Positions 48,101 to 59,857 are shown, counted from the stretch's first letter. The stretch: DNA of 64,000 nucleotides from Eukaryota sp. GEM-RC1 (GCA_040285855.1 JAUFOQ010000004.1:1798001-1862000), one strand, 5' to 3'. Program-made: numbers and translations. Notes: generated by a model from the letters alone, not told the origin.

Positions 48101-51100
48101 CATCTCAATTAGTTGAAGTTCAAGAGAATATTGTAATCTTTGAAGTTTATGTGACTTCAACTGGAGTATTTAAAATTCTTGGAACATATAAATCGAGTTT
48201 GAATTTCAACTTGAATCTATTTTTAAAGTCGACAATTTTGTGCTTATACCGCCATTCGTACAGTTTAATTCTCGAATTGAAATACTGCTTTTGAACATAT
48301 TTCAAATATTTCCATTTCTCATGGAATTCAGACAATGTTGTTAACAACTGGGACCAATGTCTTCCAATTATTCAATGATGATCCATTCATCACGTTACAT
48401 AAGTCGTCGCAGTCAATCAATGTCAGTTTGCTTTCTGATTTGATTGACGATAACTTCCCGTTTTGTTATGAAATTGATCTTTATCATTCCACTGTGATTA
48501 ATATTAAACAAGTTAATTACTCTATTGATGTTCAATGTGTGATAAATTGTGAGCTTTTAGAGTTGAAATCCTTTTCTGGATTTCTTAGTTTCACTTTCTT
48601 CAGTCTAAATCAAGGCGAGTCTTCATTTCTATTTTTAGTTCAATATTTAGAAACGGCTTTTACCTTTGAATTAGTTCGCCAAGTTGTTCTTCCCCCTTTA
48701 ATTTCCTTCACTTCACCTCTCGTCTTTTCAACCATTGATGACGTGATTGTTAGTATTTCAGTTCTTACACAATGTCCAATACTGTCTGTTTTTCATGTAA
48801 ACAATTCAATTGTGGATCACGATGATATTGTTTCGTCTTTCAATGTATTAGATTTTTTCTCTTATTCTTATTACTATTTTTCAATATGTCATCATTTTGT
48901 TTTTCATTAGGGCAGAGCGATTTACAATGGACTTGGAACTCAGCTGGATTTACAAATCAAACCATTGGAATTATTACAATATTCAATGTAGAATTTACGA
49001 GCTCAGATCACGTTAGTGTTTTTGAACGGCGTGACATCAGCGCAGATTTCACTGGAATTCTTCGTTCTCGTTTAAAGTGTAATATTGATGGATCTTCATT
49101 TTCTGCAATAATCACATATTCTACATTGACTTGTAGACAATTCCTAATTTCGACCTTTCAAGAAATAGTTGTGGTGAATGTTTACTTTGAAGACTTGTTC
49201 ATCAACTCTTTCTCAGTCAGTGGTGAAGCCTTTTGGAAGAAATTTGCTTCCTGCCACTTTCACGCCATCCTTTAATTCAGAGTTCACATCTTATTTCCAA
49301 TCTTATCAGTAACTTGGTTTTTGATGGATCGCGCTGCTGTAATGTTGACGTGTCTTTTTGTTCTGTATTTGTAAAATCCGGGAACGTTATTTCCGTTAGT
49401 TTTCTCACTTTGTTTGACATATTCAAAATGGTCGTTACCACAAATTCCAGTTGTGAAGATTTTGTTTCCGATGTTTCTTTTGAGCTGCGTGTGAACAATC
49501 AAACTCTTTCACCAAAGTATTCTTGTAAACAAATTCCTAGTGGATTTTCATTTGCTTTGATGTGTGAAATAGATAATATTCTATCAAAAGTTAATGAAAT
49601 TATTTTAATTGCTCGTAATGACGTGTTTCTTTTAGAGTTGGAGTTTTACGGATATCAGTCATATACTTGTCTAACTCCTGTTGATATCAACAAAGGAATT
49701 ACATCACTGGGAGAAGAAATTGAAGAAAATATTCATTTAAAAATGGGAAATGAAACATATACTAACATTGAACATTTTAAAAATTCAATTTCTCAATCGA
49801 ATCATCTCATCAACACACCTCACATCACTTACTTCCTACATCTTGCTTCGCTTAATTGTTTCCATGCTACAGTTCCAGTCACAATTACTTTTACTCCGGG
49901 TGAAGCCGTGCAATTGATAGTTGTTCAGAATTATCTTGAAATTGATTCTTGTTCTCTGAATATTTCAATTCCCATCATTTGTGTCGATCCAATTGGATTC
50001 ATTGTAAAATGTTTCGGGAATTTGACAATCATGTCTGCTACTTTTAATTTCACACGTTTTCAATTATTTACAAATGAGTTACAATTTTTGAGTCACCAGT
50101 GCTTTAATATTGATTATAATCGATTTGAATTTGAATTTTCCAGACAAATGTCCGAAGCAAACCTTACATTTATTCAAAAGTTTGCAGAAATTTTAAAAGT
50201 CGACACGTATGATGTACTGGAATGTTCCCACCAAATGTTGTTTGAAAAGTCATGTACTGTTTTGAAACCCTATGTGACTTTAATAACTCAACATCACTTA
50301 TCAAATACTTCATCGAAAATTCCACTTTCTGCACTTGAGTTTACTTCAATAGATGATCACATAGTCCTGGTTGTCCTTGCTGATTCTGTTGAAATTAATA
50401 GTTTTCCACTTCAATCAATGTCTATATCAATTTCCTATTTGTCTCAATCAGTAACTCTTAAAATCCGTGCAAACGATTGTCACTTTCCTAAATTGAATTC
50501 TGGACATGGATGTTTATGCTCAAAAGGAATGGAATTTAACTCTCTTGGTGAATGCGTGGAATGTGCTTTAAATTATTACACAAATTCAGAGTTCAATTCA
50601 GAATGTAGATCCTGTATTATTCCTAGAATTACTCTCCAAAAAGGTTCTAGTCATCTTGACCAATGTATTTGTCCTTTAAACACTCTAGATTCGATAGATT
50701 CTTGTTTACCTTGCCCTCATTTAGCTGAATGTGGATATGGAAATTTGACTGGAATTGAACCTGGTTTTAGATTAAAAACTGATACCTGGGAACTAGATGA
50801 GTGTGATATTTGGTTCAATTGTCATGAGAATTCTTGCAGATCACGTCATGCTTATGGAGATTTGTGTCAATATTGTACTGAAGATGCTATTTCCAAACGG
50901 ATTTATTGTATTGGAAAGGATCAATTACTATCCAAATTATTACTTCTATTACTCTTGGCCACCATTATTATCCTCACAGACATTTCAACACTGAAATATC
51001 TAAAATTAAAACAAAGTCATCACGGTATTCTTCTATTATCTAAATTTCAAAGAATTCAAGTAATTAGGTCAATGTCACGTTTTATTAATTTGTTATTTGG

Positions 51101-51652
51101 TAGTTTGTTTTCCGTTTCCCTTATCTTTACCAAATCGACAAGCTCCATAGTTGTATTTTTGAATTTATTCTGTCAACTTTTCAATTTGACTTATCTACTT
51201 ACTTCTTCTCTGTCTTCACATTGGTGTTACTATCGTTTTTATCAAGTCGAGTTTTAATTAAGAAGTTGAAACAATTTAAATTTTATCACAGTGCGTTCTT
51301 GACAACTTCTGCTCTAGTTTCAATTAATTTCATCTTTGGAACTCTTCATCAACACTTTCTTGTTTCACCTCAATCGTTTCTTGATTTTGTCACTGCAACG
51401 GTTCACTCTTTATATGTTGTACTCGTGTTAACACTCCAACGTAACACTTGTCATTTTGTTCCCCTGATTGTGTACATTTTGATGATCACGTCGTCTTTTC
51501 CTACTTTACACATACACTTAATGCTGCAAACTGTCCTACTACTGGTGTTAAGTGCTAATTCTTGTTTTTTCGATCGATATGTTTTCGCTTTGTTATCTAT
51601 TGTTAATGTAGTTGCTGTTGTTGGTCTGTCCATGGAAAATTATTTAAATTAA
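27110..51652 (+). CDS. Giant (~8,200 aa) cell-surface receptor/adhesin-like protein: signal peptide, 3 LamG domains, beta-helix-like repeats, Cys-rich repeats, multi-TM C-terminus
   Basis: Signal-like MSIVVIGVFLLSCCVLGS; three TISLW...QWxHLVIT...YVDG...F.GRIRAVQIF LamG modules; three YISTTGIDDPCCG..DSPCASF modules; long S/N/F/I/L-rich repeats; Cys-rich C-terminal repeats (CLCSKG...CVEC...CLPCP); hydrophobic helices at 50930-51650. At least 17 abutting same-strand ORFs; the junctions I examined are 1-nt shifts in homopolymers. Confidence 0.8.
34020..44300 (+). repeat. Large internal duplication with ~6.1-kb offset inside the giant gene
   Basis: Near-identical DNA blocks: ~34020-34620 vs ~40130-40730 and ~36160-38180 vs ~42270-44300. 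Boundaries approximate. Confidence 0.88.
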
Positions 51653-52039
51653 TTAAATTAATTTTTAACTTGAAATTGATTCTCTTCTACTCATAAGGAC
51701 AAAGACACATATATTTGTATCAAAATTCAATCGAATTGATCGTTATCCCTCATCAACAGTTCTTTTACAAATTAGTGTCAATTCAATTAATCAATTTAGA
51801 CACGGTTTCAATAAAGAAAAGATCAAACAATTTTGCCAAGTAGATCTGTCATTGTGCATAGCCGCAAATCAATCAAAAACTGAGAAGACATTTCCTTAAT
51901 ACTACCAAAATAATAGAAGCATCAATTTGAACACATACCAATATCGAGTTTTTGGAAAACGCTAAGACATCGCTTGGCAACATCGATAGATCACAAATCT
52001 ATTTGTCGGTTTTTTGACATAATAATGAGTATTTGATAT

Positions 52040-52930
52040 CATAGTTGTACTTCACAAGTCACACTGTGATATGTGATCACAGCTGTGATCACAAAAGTGT
52101 AGAAATGGTTGGATTATTGTGATCACAATTTAACCTAGTGTTTAACCGGTTTTACGCTAAAGTTGGTTGTTATTTTGTATATTTGTTAGATGTTATCCAA
52201 AGATATGCAAAATGAAATAGACAAGTCAACTATTTGTCATGTCTGAGTGACAGACTGGTAATTCTGAACCCCACGAATCAGATTATTCTTCTTCTAAATG
52301 ACGATTAAATATGTCTGCTACTCAAATAGATGATGACATTGGAGTGTATTTTAACCTACCTCTATTGGAACAAGAAGCAGAAAACCTCAATATCGCTCAA
52401 TTTAAAATCTATGGAAGAAAATATCAAGCAATGCTACATATAACTGAAGTGAAGTGCGTGCCAGCAGTGAACCATCTCTGATTGCTGAAAATGAATTAGT
52501 GGAGAAGGGTGATGATAGATGTTGTCCTTGGTGAGGTAATTAGAAGAAGTGGATTTTCACAGCGTAATAAATGACAATATGAGTGAAAACAATCTGCATT
52601 TTGGGTTTAAATCAGACGAAGATGATGACAATGTGTCGGAACTACTGAATTGTCCACCAAGAAAAACAATAGAAATAATTAGTGGAAAATTGATGAAATA
52701 AAGTAGAAATTCAAAGTTCGTGATAAATTCGCAATTGTTTGAGATCAAAATTCATCAAACTGTCGGGAGATAAGTCACAATAGGGCAATTTTTCCTATAA
52801 GTAATGAAGATGAAGATTACATTTTTCATATCATGGGTGATTATTGTGGTCATTGTTATCACACCTTGTGATTGTGATTTGTGATTACAAATCACAAAAC
52901 AGCGCAATATTGCTATGAAGTACAACTATG
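52040..52930 (+). mobile_element. Non-autonomous TIR element, probably hAT-derived
   Basis: 15-bp perfect TIR CATAGTTGTACTTCA (52040-52054 / 52916-52930); TGTGA/TCACA subterminal arrays; decayed DDDIGVYFNLP...KY...VPA segment resembling the hAT dimerisation domain. No clear TSD. Confidence 0.7.
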
Positions 52931-53586
52931 TTAAAGATGATTCAGAAATGATTTTCTTCAAAAAGGTCAAAAGCAACACTACTCTCAATGTCTTATCCAA
53001 TCAGTCAAAGAATTTTGTCTGAGGCGCTGACAGTCATACAACTATCAATTCACTGAATTTCAGTAGGAGATGATGGCGACTGATAAAATGAATCAGAAAG
53101 TAGCAAAATCATGGGTTTAAAAGGTAAGATAGTTGACGAAAAGAACCGTGAAGAACTTTTTTTAAAGAAGAAGAACAGCATTGTCCTCAGCAAACCTTCT
53201 ATGGCTAACAGAGCAACAAAACAAGAATCATTGGTGAAGAGACGGAGAAGGGTTGAGAAGGGGAATTAAGAGAAGAAAGAAAAGACAAAAAGCAGTAGCA
53301 TCTAAGAGATTCTTTGAGAACTTCAAGGATTAAATGTATAGAGGAGAAGTTTGCATGAATGCATCAACTTCAGTTGAGTGGCAAAGTATGAATGCTAAAC
53401 ACAGGGAAGAATCAGTAACAGTATTACTGAAGTGGTTTAGTAATGGAAAGAATTGCGTTCAAAAAACCGGAACGTTAATAAGAATATTTCCTGTATTGGC
53501 CGATGAAGTTCAAGTTATCTTGAATGGAGGCCGTTATGTGGTGCATTGACAGAAAAAGGATGTGCGGTAAATTATGCATGTCTTGA

Positions 53587-54561
53587 ATGTCTACTGTTGT
53601 CCAGCAGTCTTTGCTGACCCTAATTCTTCTTCATTTGGTGAGACGTTTTTGTAAGTCGTCTCTGGAATTAAAACATATTGAACAGCGCCGTCTTACACGT
53701 ATTATAAAGCAAGACCTACCTACATTCTTCGTCAAAGTTGCTTATGTGAGTGATGGTCTCTTTGAAACTGCTCTACTGTCAACCAAAGTGTTTCTTCAAA
53801 CCAACACTTTTCATGTCTTCTCTGAAGACTTTCCTCAACTCTTTTCATTTGCTTCTTTCTTTGAAGCTGATGTAAAGTCTGTTTTCTTGCACGTAGATCG
53901 AGCCTTTAATGTTGAAGAATTTCTCAATTATTCCGGTATAATTTCAGGTTTGGAATTAGAAATAGAGAATCACAATGACTTGGAGTTTCTACAGAACTCT
54001 TCACTTATCTTTCCACGTCTTAAACAGCTTCATGTTGGTGTTAACTCTAGTGTTTCTATGGCATTTCTTAAAGTGTTTAATGAAATTCCAACAGTGACAA
54101 GTGTTTATATGAAACCTTCTATTGGAGATGAAGGTATAAGAGCTTTGGCAGAGGCGTTAAAAGTTAATGATACAGTTACAACTGTTAATCTGTGGCACAA
54201 CTCTATTGGAGCTGAAGGTGCCAGAGTTTTGGCCGATATGTTAAAAGTTAATAATTCAGTTTCAAGTATTCATTTAGGTGGTACCTCTATTGGAGATGAA
54301 GGTGTGAAAGCATTGGTAGAAGCGTTAAAAGTGAATACCGTTGTGACAAGTATTGATCTGTGGGATAACTCAATTGGAGATGAAGGTGCTTGTTCAATAG
54401 CAGATGCGTTGAAAATTAATACTACAGTTACAAGTGTCGATCTAAAATTCAATTCTATTGGAGATGACGGTGCTAAAGCATTAGCTGATGTGTTAGAAAT
54501 TCAGCGCAAAGTTAAAATATTGGGCATAACAGAAATTGAAAACAGCGTATCGACCTTGTAA
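53587..54561 (+). CDS. RNI-like (NLRC3-type) leucine-rich repeat protein with a family-specific N-terminal domain
   Basis: 28-aa repeats L.L..NSIGDEGAxALAEALKVN; N-terminal KVFLQTNTF...ADVKSVFL...PRLKQL shared with the other LRR genes. Confidence 0.85.
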   Translation: MSTVVQQSLLTLILLHLVRRFCKSSLELKHIEQRRLTRIIKQDLPTFFVKVAYVSDGLFETALLSTKVFLQTNTFHVFSEDFPQLFSFASFFEADVKSVFLHVDRAFNVEEFLNYSGIISGLELEIENHNDLEFLQNSSLIFPRLKQLHVGVNSSVSMAFLKVFNEIPTVTSVYMKPSIGDEGIRALAEALKVNDTVTTVNLWHNSIGAEGARVLADMLKVNNSVSSIHLGGTSIGDEGVKALVEALKVNTVVTSIDLWDNSIGDEGACSIADALKINTTVTSVDLKFNSIGDDGAKALADVLEIQRKVKILGITEIENSVSTL

Positions 54562-54921
54562 AATTACTTAGTAATTCTCATGGTCATAGTCATTACAGTC
54601 GCAATGATTAAACACAAATTGAATAAACACAGTTTGCAGTTCTACTTCTTAAGTCGAGTCTAAATATACAAAACAAGTCGAGAGAACTACAACTAGTACT
54701 ACTATAATGGATTTGTTGAACCGTTTGTAAGATTTAAAATATTGGTTTCGGTTAAAGTACATGTAACCAATAGGTGGTGAATATCTGCAATAGAGGAAAA
54801 CTGTTTCAATTTATTTTAGATTTATATTTAGAACTAAATAGCGTGTGATATGGATATTTGAAAAACACAAAAATATAAATTTGTGTATTTTACAAATATG
54901 ATGGCCCAAATAGCCTAGAAA

Positions 54922-56100
54922 TTAACAAAGCCTTCCTTCAGAAACAATCTTGACATACTGCTGGATTAGTGGATCGATAGAGTTATTCTTCAAAGTTACT
55001 GCGATAATACTGGAATTGTCTCTCAAAGCATCTGCCATTACCATAGCACCTTCATCACCAATAGAATTAGATCCTAAATCAATCTTAGTAACTGAAGAAT
55101 TCTCTTTCAAGGCTTCAGCCAATGCCGTAGCTCCTTCAATACCAATGGAGTTTAGCTTCAAGTTCATCACAGTCAGAGTACAATTAACTTTCAAAGCACT
55201 TGCCAAAGCTGTGATTCCCACGTCACCAATACAGTTAGCCATTAGATCAATCTCAGTAACTGTTGAATTCACTTTTAAAGCTTCTGCTAATGCAATAGAT
55301 CCCTCATGAGCAATAGAGTTAGACGATAGATCGCGTAAAACAATTGTAGAATTGGTTTTCAATGTATCAGCTAATGCTACCACACCTTCATTTCCTATAA
55401 AGTTAGACATTAAATGAAGTACAGAAATTGAGGAATTGATTTTAAGTGCTCCAGCTAATGTCTTTGTACCTGCATTATCAATAGAATTAAACATTAGATC
55501 AATCTGTTTGACAGTAGAGTTAACCTTGAATGCCTCAGCCAATGCTGTGGCACCTTCAATTCCAATGAAGTCACCTATATTTAAAATTTCTACAGTAGAG
55601 TTGGCCTTGAGATTCTTACAAAAAGAAGTAAACGAACTTTTGCTAGGAGAGTAGACGTCAAGTCGTTTGAGACGTGGTAGGAAAACCGACGAATTCTGAT
55701 TGAGAAACTCAAACTTAGTGTGGTTATCATTGACAGATAAGTCTGTAATGCAGTGAGGATGTTTAAAAACGTCACCAAAATCCGATAAACCTGTACTTTT
55801 CAGAAACACAGATTGAACATTTGCTTTAAAGAATGAAGAGACATCAGAAAGTTGAACAAGATCGTCAGAAGTTAACATGAAGGTGTTTGTTTCAAGAAAC
55901 ACTTTGACCGCTATTAATGTTGAAGACATTGGGTAGAGCTTGTAGAGAACTCTCCAGGGAATAACAAGAAGACATACCGCATTCCTCAAGTGAAGACTTC
56001 AACAGAGTTCTAATGAAGTGAGTATTGATAGAGAGTAACAGGGATTGAGATAGATTAATGGAATTACTGGAAAGAGTGTAAAATGGACAAACGGATGTAC
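54922..56100 (-). pseudogene. RNI-like LRR gene with a 38-nt frameshifting deletion at ~55922 (or N-terminally truncated gene)
   Basis: LRR frame 54922-55930 is intact. The family N-terminus (INLSQSLLLSINTHFIR...QALPNVF) lies in another frame (ORF 55892-56107). The paralogue has 38 extra nt (63229-63266) that join the two frames. Confidence 0.75.
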
Positions 56101-56127
56101 AATGCAAATATCATTCAGACTCTGAAT

Positions 56128-56180
56128 GGATCAGTTTTACCACAGCGTCTGAATTTCAGTCGTTGTGGTAAAATTGATCC
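56128..56180. repeat. 53-bp imperfect palindrome
   Basis: GGATCAGTTTTACCACA...TGTGGTAAAATTGATCC (16/17 arm match) with further internal CTGAA/TTCAG pairing. Confidence 0.8.
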
Positions 56181-57091
56181 GTGTAAAACGCTTTTAATAG
56201 CGGTCACACGTGTGCTGTGTACCCCAGTGATCGTCAAACTGTAAACTAAAAATAGCGTATTTACGGAATTGCCGTAAATACGGTACGGTACCAACTATTG
56301 CTTTCCATAAAATAGAGTTTCCCGTAAAATTCGTAAAACATTTACGGTAAAACATTTCCGTCAAATATGTACTTTTCCAATTAGATGCGTTTTTGACAGC
56401 TCTCAAACATACAAAACACATCGCCGAGTGCAAACTATGTCATTCTACTAGCCAGCTTGAACAGTATGTTCTTTGTGTTCTGACTGTATGTCATAATTAC
56501 CGGTAATGAGCAAGCATTTTTATCATCAACTTTATTAATAGTTGAATCATAATTTCCTTTCAATCTTCAAAACAAATGTTGTTATGATCGCAAAGGCTCT
56601 TTTCCATCTTTATGTTTACTGTGAATAAAAGGCTTCTGTAACATTACATGATAATGAATTTTGACTTAAAGAAATTGAGTTTCAGTCATGGTTCTTATTC
56701 TATTGTAGCTGTTCAATAAACGTCAGAAAACATATTAGCTTCATTTTTATTGAGTCATGGATCACATCACCGTCATTTGTTGTTCTATATCCTAGATTTT
56801 GAGGATTTTCTAGGATATAAATACTTGTATTTGGTGTTGACCAACAGATATAAGGATCGTCATGTGTCATCACTGTCATGACAATTCTCAAAAGCGTGTC
56901 ATGACCAATGATGTTTGTAAATATTTTGGAATTCTATGATTTTACCTCTGGTCATTGATCGCACTATATGATTTGTCAATAATGATGGTGTTCAATAATT
57001 ATAAATTTTATCCGTTCCTTTTCCAGATAAAGATATTTACCAAAAAATGTAATTATACATAAAATACAAGCAGATCTTCAAAAACAACATC

Positions 57092-59857
57092 TTACAACTG
57101 TTGAAAGAATTTCAACCGATCTGCAAAGGAAGACTTAGGAGCTATGATTTCAACAGAATCATTCTGTGACTTAGGAACAAAAGGCCTGGGTTGTTCTCCA
57201 CTGGAAAATTTCCCAACAAGGCTACCAATGTTTGGTCGTGGTGGTTCAGGAACGGGCGATGATGTTGGAGCTTCTGGGCTGCGAGAATTCTCGTCATTTT
57301 CCGATTCCCTTTTGTTTATCTTGGGAACAAAAGGCCTGGGTTGTTCTCCACTGGAAAATTTCCCAACAAGGCTACCAATGTTTGGTCGTGGTGGTTCAGG
57401 AACGGGCGATGATGTTGGAGCATCTGGGCTGCGAGAATTCTCGTCATTTTCCGATTCCCTTTTGTTTATCTTGGGAACAAAAGGCCTGGGTTGTTCTCCA
57501 CTGGAAAATTTCCCAACAAGGCTACCAATGTTTGGTCGTGGTGGTTCAGGAACGGGCGATGATGTTGGAGCATCTGGGCTGCGAGAATTCTCGTCATTTT
57601 CCGATTCCCTTTTGTTTATCTTGGGAACAAAAGGCCTGGGTTGTTCTCCACTGGAAAATTTCCCAACAAGGCTACCAATGTTTGGTCGTGGTGGTTCAGG
57701 AACGGGCGATGATGTTGGAGCATCTGGTCTGCGAGAATTCTCGTCATTTTCCGATTCCCTTTTGTTTATCTTGGGAACAAAAGGCCTGGGTTGTTCTCCA
57801 CTGGAAAATTTCCCAACAAGGCTACCAATGTTTGGTCGTGGTGGTTCAGGAACGGGCGATGATGTTGGAGCATCTGGTCTGCGAGAATTCTCGTCATTTT
57901 CCGATTCCCTTTTGTTTATCTTGGGAACAAAAGGCCTGGGTTGTTCTCCACTGGAAAATTTCCCAACAAGGCTACCAATGTTTGGTCGTGGTGGTTCAGG
58001 AACGGGCGATGATGTTGGAGCATCTGGTCTGCGAGAATTCTCGTCATTTTCCGATTCCCTTTTGTTTATCTTGGGAACAAAAGGCCTGGGTGGTTCTCTA
58101 CTGGAAAACTTCCCAACAAGGCTACCTACACATAGTCGTTTTGATTCAGCAGTAGGAGAAACATTTGAAGTTTCATTCTTGAAAGACCCCCGCTGACTGA
58201 TTTTGGGAATACTGTCAGATAGAATGGATTGTCGCTCAGAGCCCAGAACCAAACTGCTATTGGAGACGTTTCCTCCATGAGATTGTTCAATCAAAGACTG
58301 ACTGACCTGGAGATGGAGGTCAAATGACTCAGAATCAATTTTTTCTGAATCACATTTTTCCTTTAAACCACTACGCCTAGGGCCCATTGACCGTGTTGAA
58401 AAGTGGAATAAATGACTAATGCGGTCTTTTAGAGATTGTAGATTGTAATTACTTGTCTCAAGCTGTTGTTGTAAGGAAGTGATTTCAAGATCTCGTTGAG
58501 ATACCTCTTCTTGAACTTTTTTGTGGAAATCTTGTTTGCGACGATTTTCAACAACTTCTTTGTTCAACTGTTTGGCAGCAGCAAGCTGTTCTTGCAAAGA
58601 AACAATTTCAAGATCCCGTTGAGACAAAACACTTTCCAAAGAAATCAACTGTTCTTGAACTTTCTTGTGCACACTTTGTAAGCGACGATATGGGACAACT
58701 TCTTTGTTCAACTCAGCAAGCTGTTCTTGCAAAGAAACAATTTCAAGATCCCGTTGAGACAAAACACTTTCCAATGATTTAAGTCCTTCTTGAGCTTGTT
58801 GGTGCAGATTTTCCAAACCATCACACTTACCTCTAAGCTTTGAAACCTCATTGTTTAGCATAGTATTCTCTTCAACTAGTTCTGAGTAAGCAACTCGAAC
58901 TTCGGAATGACCGAACTTTTTAACAATAGTCATCACTTCTGATAATTCGGGTCTGAGGTCGGGATTAATGTTCACACATTGCTGTATAATGCTGCGAAGA
59001 GTAGCAGGGAAAGTAGCAGGGAAATCTAATACTAAATCCTTCAATTTCGCAGCTGCAAGGCGCATTATTGATAAATCTTCATAAACTTCATTGCCAGAGA
59101 ATAGTTCATATAACACCAAGCCAATAGAGTATATATCGCTTTGGAATAGAGCTAAATTCTCAAATTGTTCGGGAGCAGCATATCTAGGAGTGTAAGTGTT
59201 GTTCTTGACAAGTGTAGTTGCAGCTACATTTCTAGAAGTTCCAAAATCTGCAAGTCTCACACGATCATCAACCACAAGGATATTGGCCGGCTTCAAATCA
59301 CCATGTACTATTGAGCGAGAATGGAGGAAAGCAACAGCCTGGCAGAGATCGAGTGCAAACTGAATAGTTGTGGAAGAGATAGTGTTGGGTGTTGGTAGGT
59401 GAGAGGTTGCTTTTTCCATGACAATTCCAATGCGATCGCCAAAGTATGATATACCAAAAACACGGAGGATGGCTGGATGACTCAGATTGTGAAGGAGGCT
59501 CAGCTCTTGTTGAAGTTTGATTCGGCCTTCTGAAGTCAAGGACACCATTTTGACAGCAACTGGAAGTGAGAACCACAGGGCATCGTAAACGATGGCAAAA
59601 CCTCCTTCAGCTATCTCCTCTTTCACCTGAATTTGAGAAGACGGAATTTGTGGACACATATCACCGTTCTGAGCAGCTTCCACCAAATCTTTGAGTCCAA
59701 AGTTCACCTTTTTAGAGGAAAAACACCGATGGCGACAAAATGGACAAGTGGATAAACGATCAGCACATTTAGCACAACAAGTATGAGCCCTAGAACATAT
59801 GATGACGGGTATACGAATCGAAAGATTATAAGAATGACAACAAAAAGGGCAGTCCAT
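57092..59857 (-). CDS. RING finger + TKL-like protein kinase + coiled coil + 50-aa tandem repeats
   Basis: CPFC...ICSRAHTCCAKC...CPFC RING. Kinase motifs AEGGFAIV, VAVK, HGDLKPANIL, DFG, APE and DIYSIG. Duplicated LESVLSQRDLEIVSLQEQLA coiled coil. ATG at 59857. Confidence 0.9.
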   Translation of the reverse strand: MDCPFCCHSYNLSIRIPVIICSRAHTCCAKCADRLSTCPFCRHRCFSSKKVNFGLKDLVEAAQNGDMCPQIPSSQIQVKEEIAEGGFAIVYDALWFSLPVAVKMVSLTSEGRIKLQQELSLLHNLSHPAILRVFGISYFGDRIGIVMEKATSHLPTPNTISSTTIQFALDLCQAVAFLHSRSIVHGDLKPANILVVDDRVRLADFGTSRNVAATTLVKNNTYTPRYAAPEQFENLALFQSDIYSIGLVLYELFSGNEVYEDLSIMRLAAAKLKDLVLDFPATFPATLRSIIQQCVNINPDLRPELSEVMTIVKKFGHSEVRVAYSELVEENTMLNNEVSKLRGKCDGLENLHQQAQEGLKSLESVLSQRDLEIVSLQEQLAELNKEVVPYRRLQSVHKKVQEQLISLESVLSQRDLEIVSLQEQLAAAKQLNKEVVENRRKQDFHKKVQEEVSQRDLEITSLQQQLETSNYNLQSLKDRISHLFHFSTRSMGPRRSGLKEKCDSEKIDSESFDLHLQVSQSLIEQSHGGNVSNSSLVLGSERQSILSDSIPKISQRGSFKNETSNVSPTAESKRLCVGSLVGKFSSREPPRPFVPKINKRESENDENSRRPDAPTSSPVPEPPRPNIGSLVGKFSSGEQPRPFVPKINKRESENDENSRRPDAPTSSPVPEPPRPNIGSLVGKFSSGEQPRPFVPKINKRESENDENSRRPDAPTSSPVPEPPRPNIGSLVGKFSSGEQPRPFVPKINKRESENDENSRSPDAPTSSPVPEPPRPNIGSLVGKFSSGEQPRPFVPKINKRESENDENSRSPDAPTSSPVPEPPRPNIGSLVGKFSSGEQPRPFVPKINKRESENDENSRSPEAPTSSPVPEPPRPNIGSLVGKFSSGEQPRPFVPKSQNDSVEIIAPKSSFADRLKFFQQL
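57174..58126 (-). repeat. Coding tandem repeat, 150-bp unit x ~6.3
   Basis: Unit encodes RPNIGSLVGKFSSGEQPRPFVPKINKRESENDENSR(R/S)PDAPTSSPVPEPP; full copies differ at only 1-2 positions. Confidence 0.97.

Noticed and set aside
5525..51652. Genome-wide programmed frameshifting (Euplotes-like)
   Set aside because: Breaks lie in A, T, G or C runs with no shared stop-adjacent motif, and a duplicated segment shows the intact run. Assembly error is simpler.
27110..51652. Frequent CACGTG/GACGTG (E-box-like) hexamers
   Set aside because: Mostly recurring codon pairs (Asp-Val, Thr-Cys, His-Val) in repeated modules; enrichment cannot be shown without counting.
53100..53560. Purine-rich stretch and ORF 53334-53549, possibly a decayed minus-strand gene
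   Set aside because: No sustained frame or motif.
57144..58196. Two long plus-strand ORFs (350 and 307 aa), and a possible CRISPR-like array
   Set aside because: Antisense shadows of a stop-free 150-bp unit whose length is a multiple of 3. Units are contiguous with no unique spacers, so this is not CRISPR.
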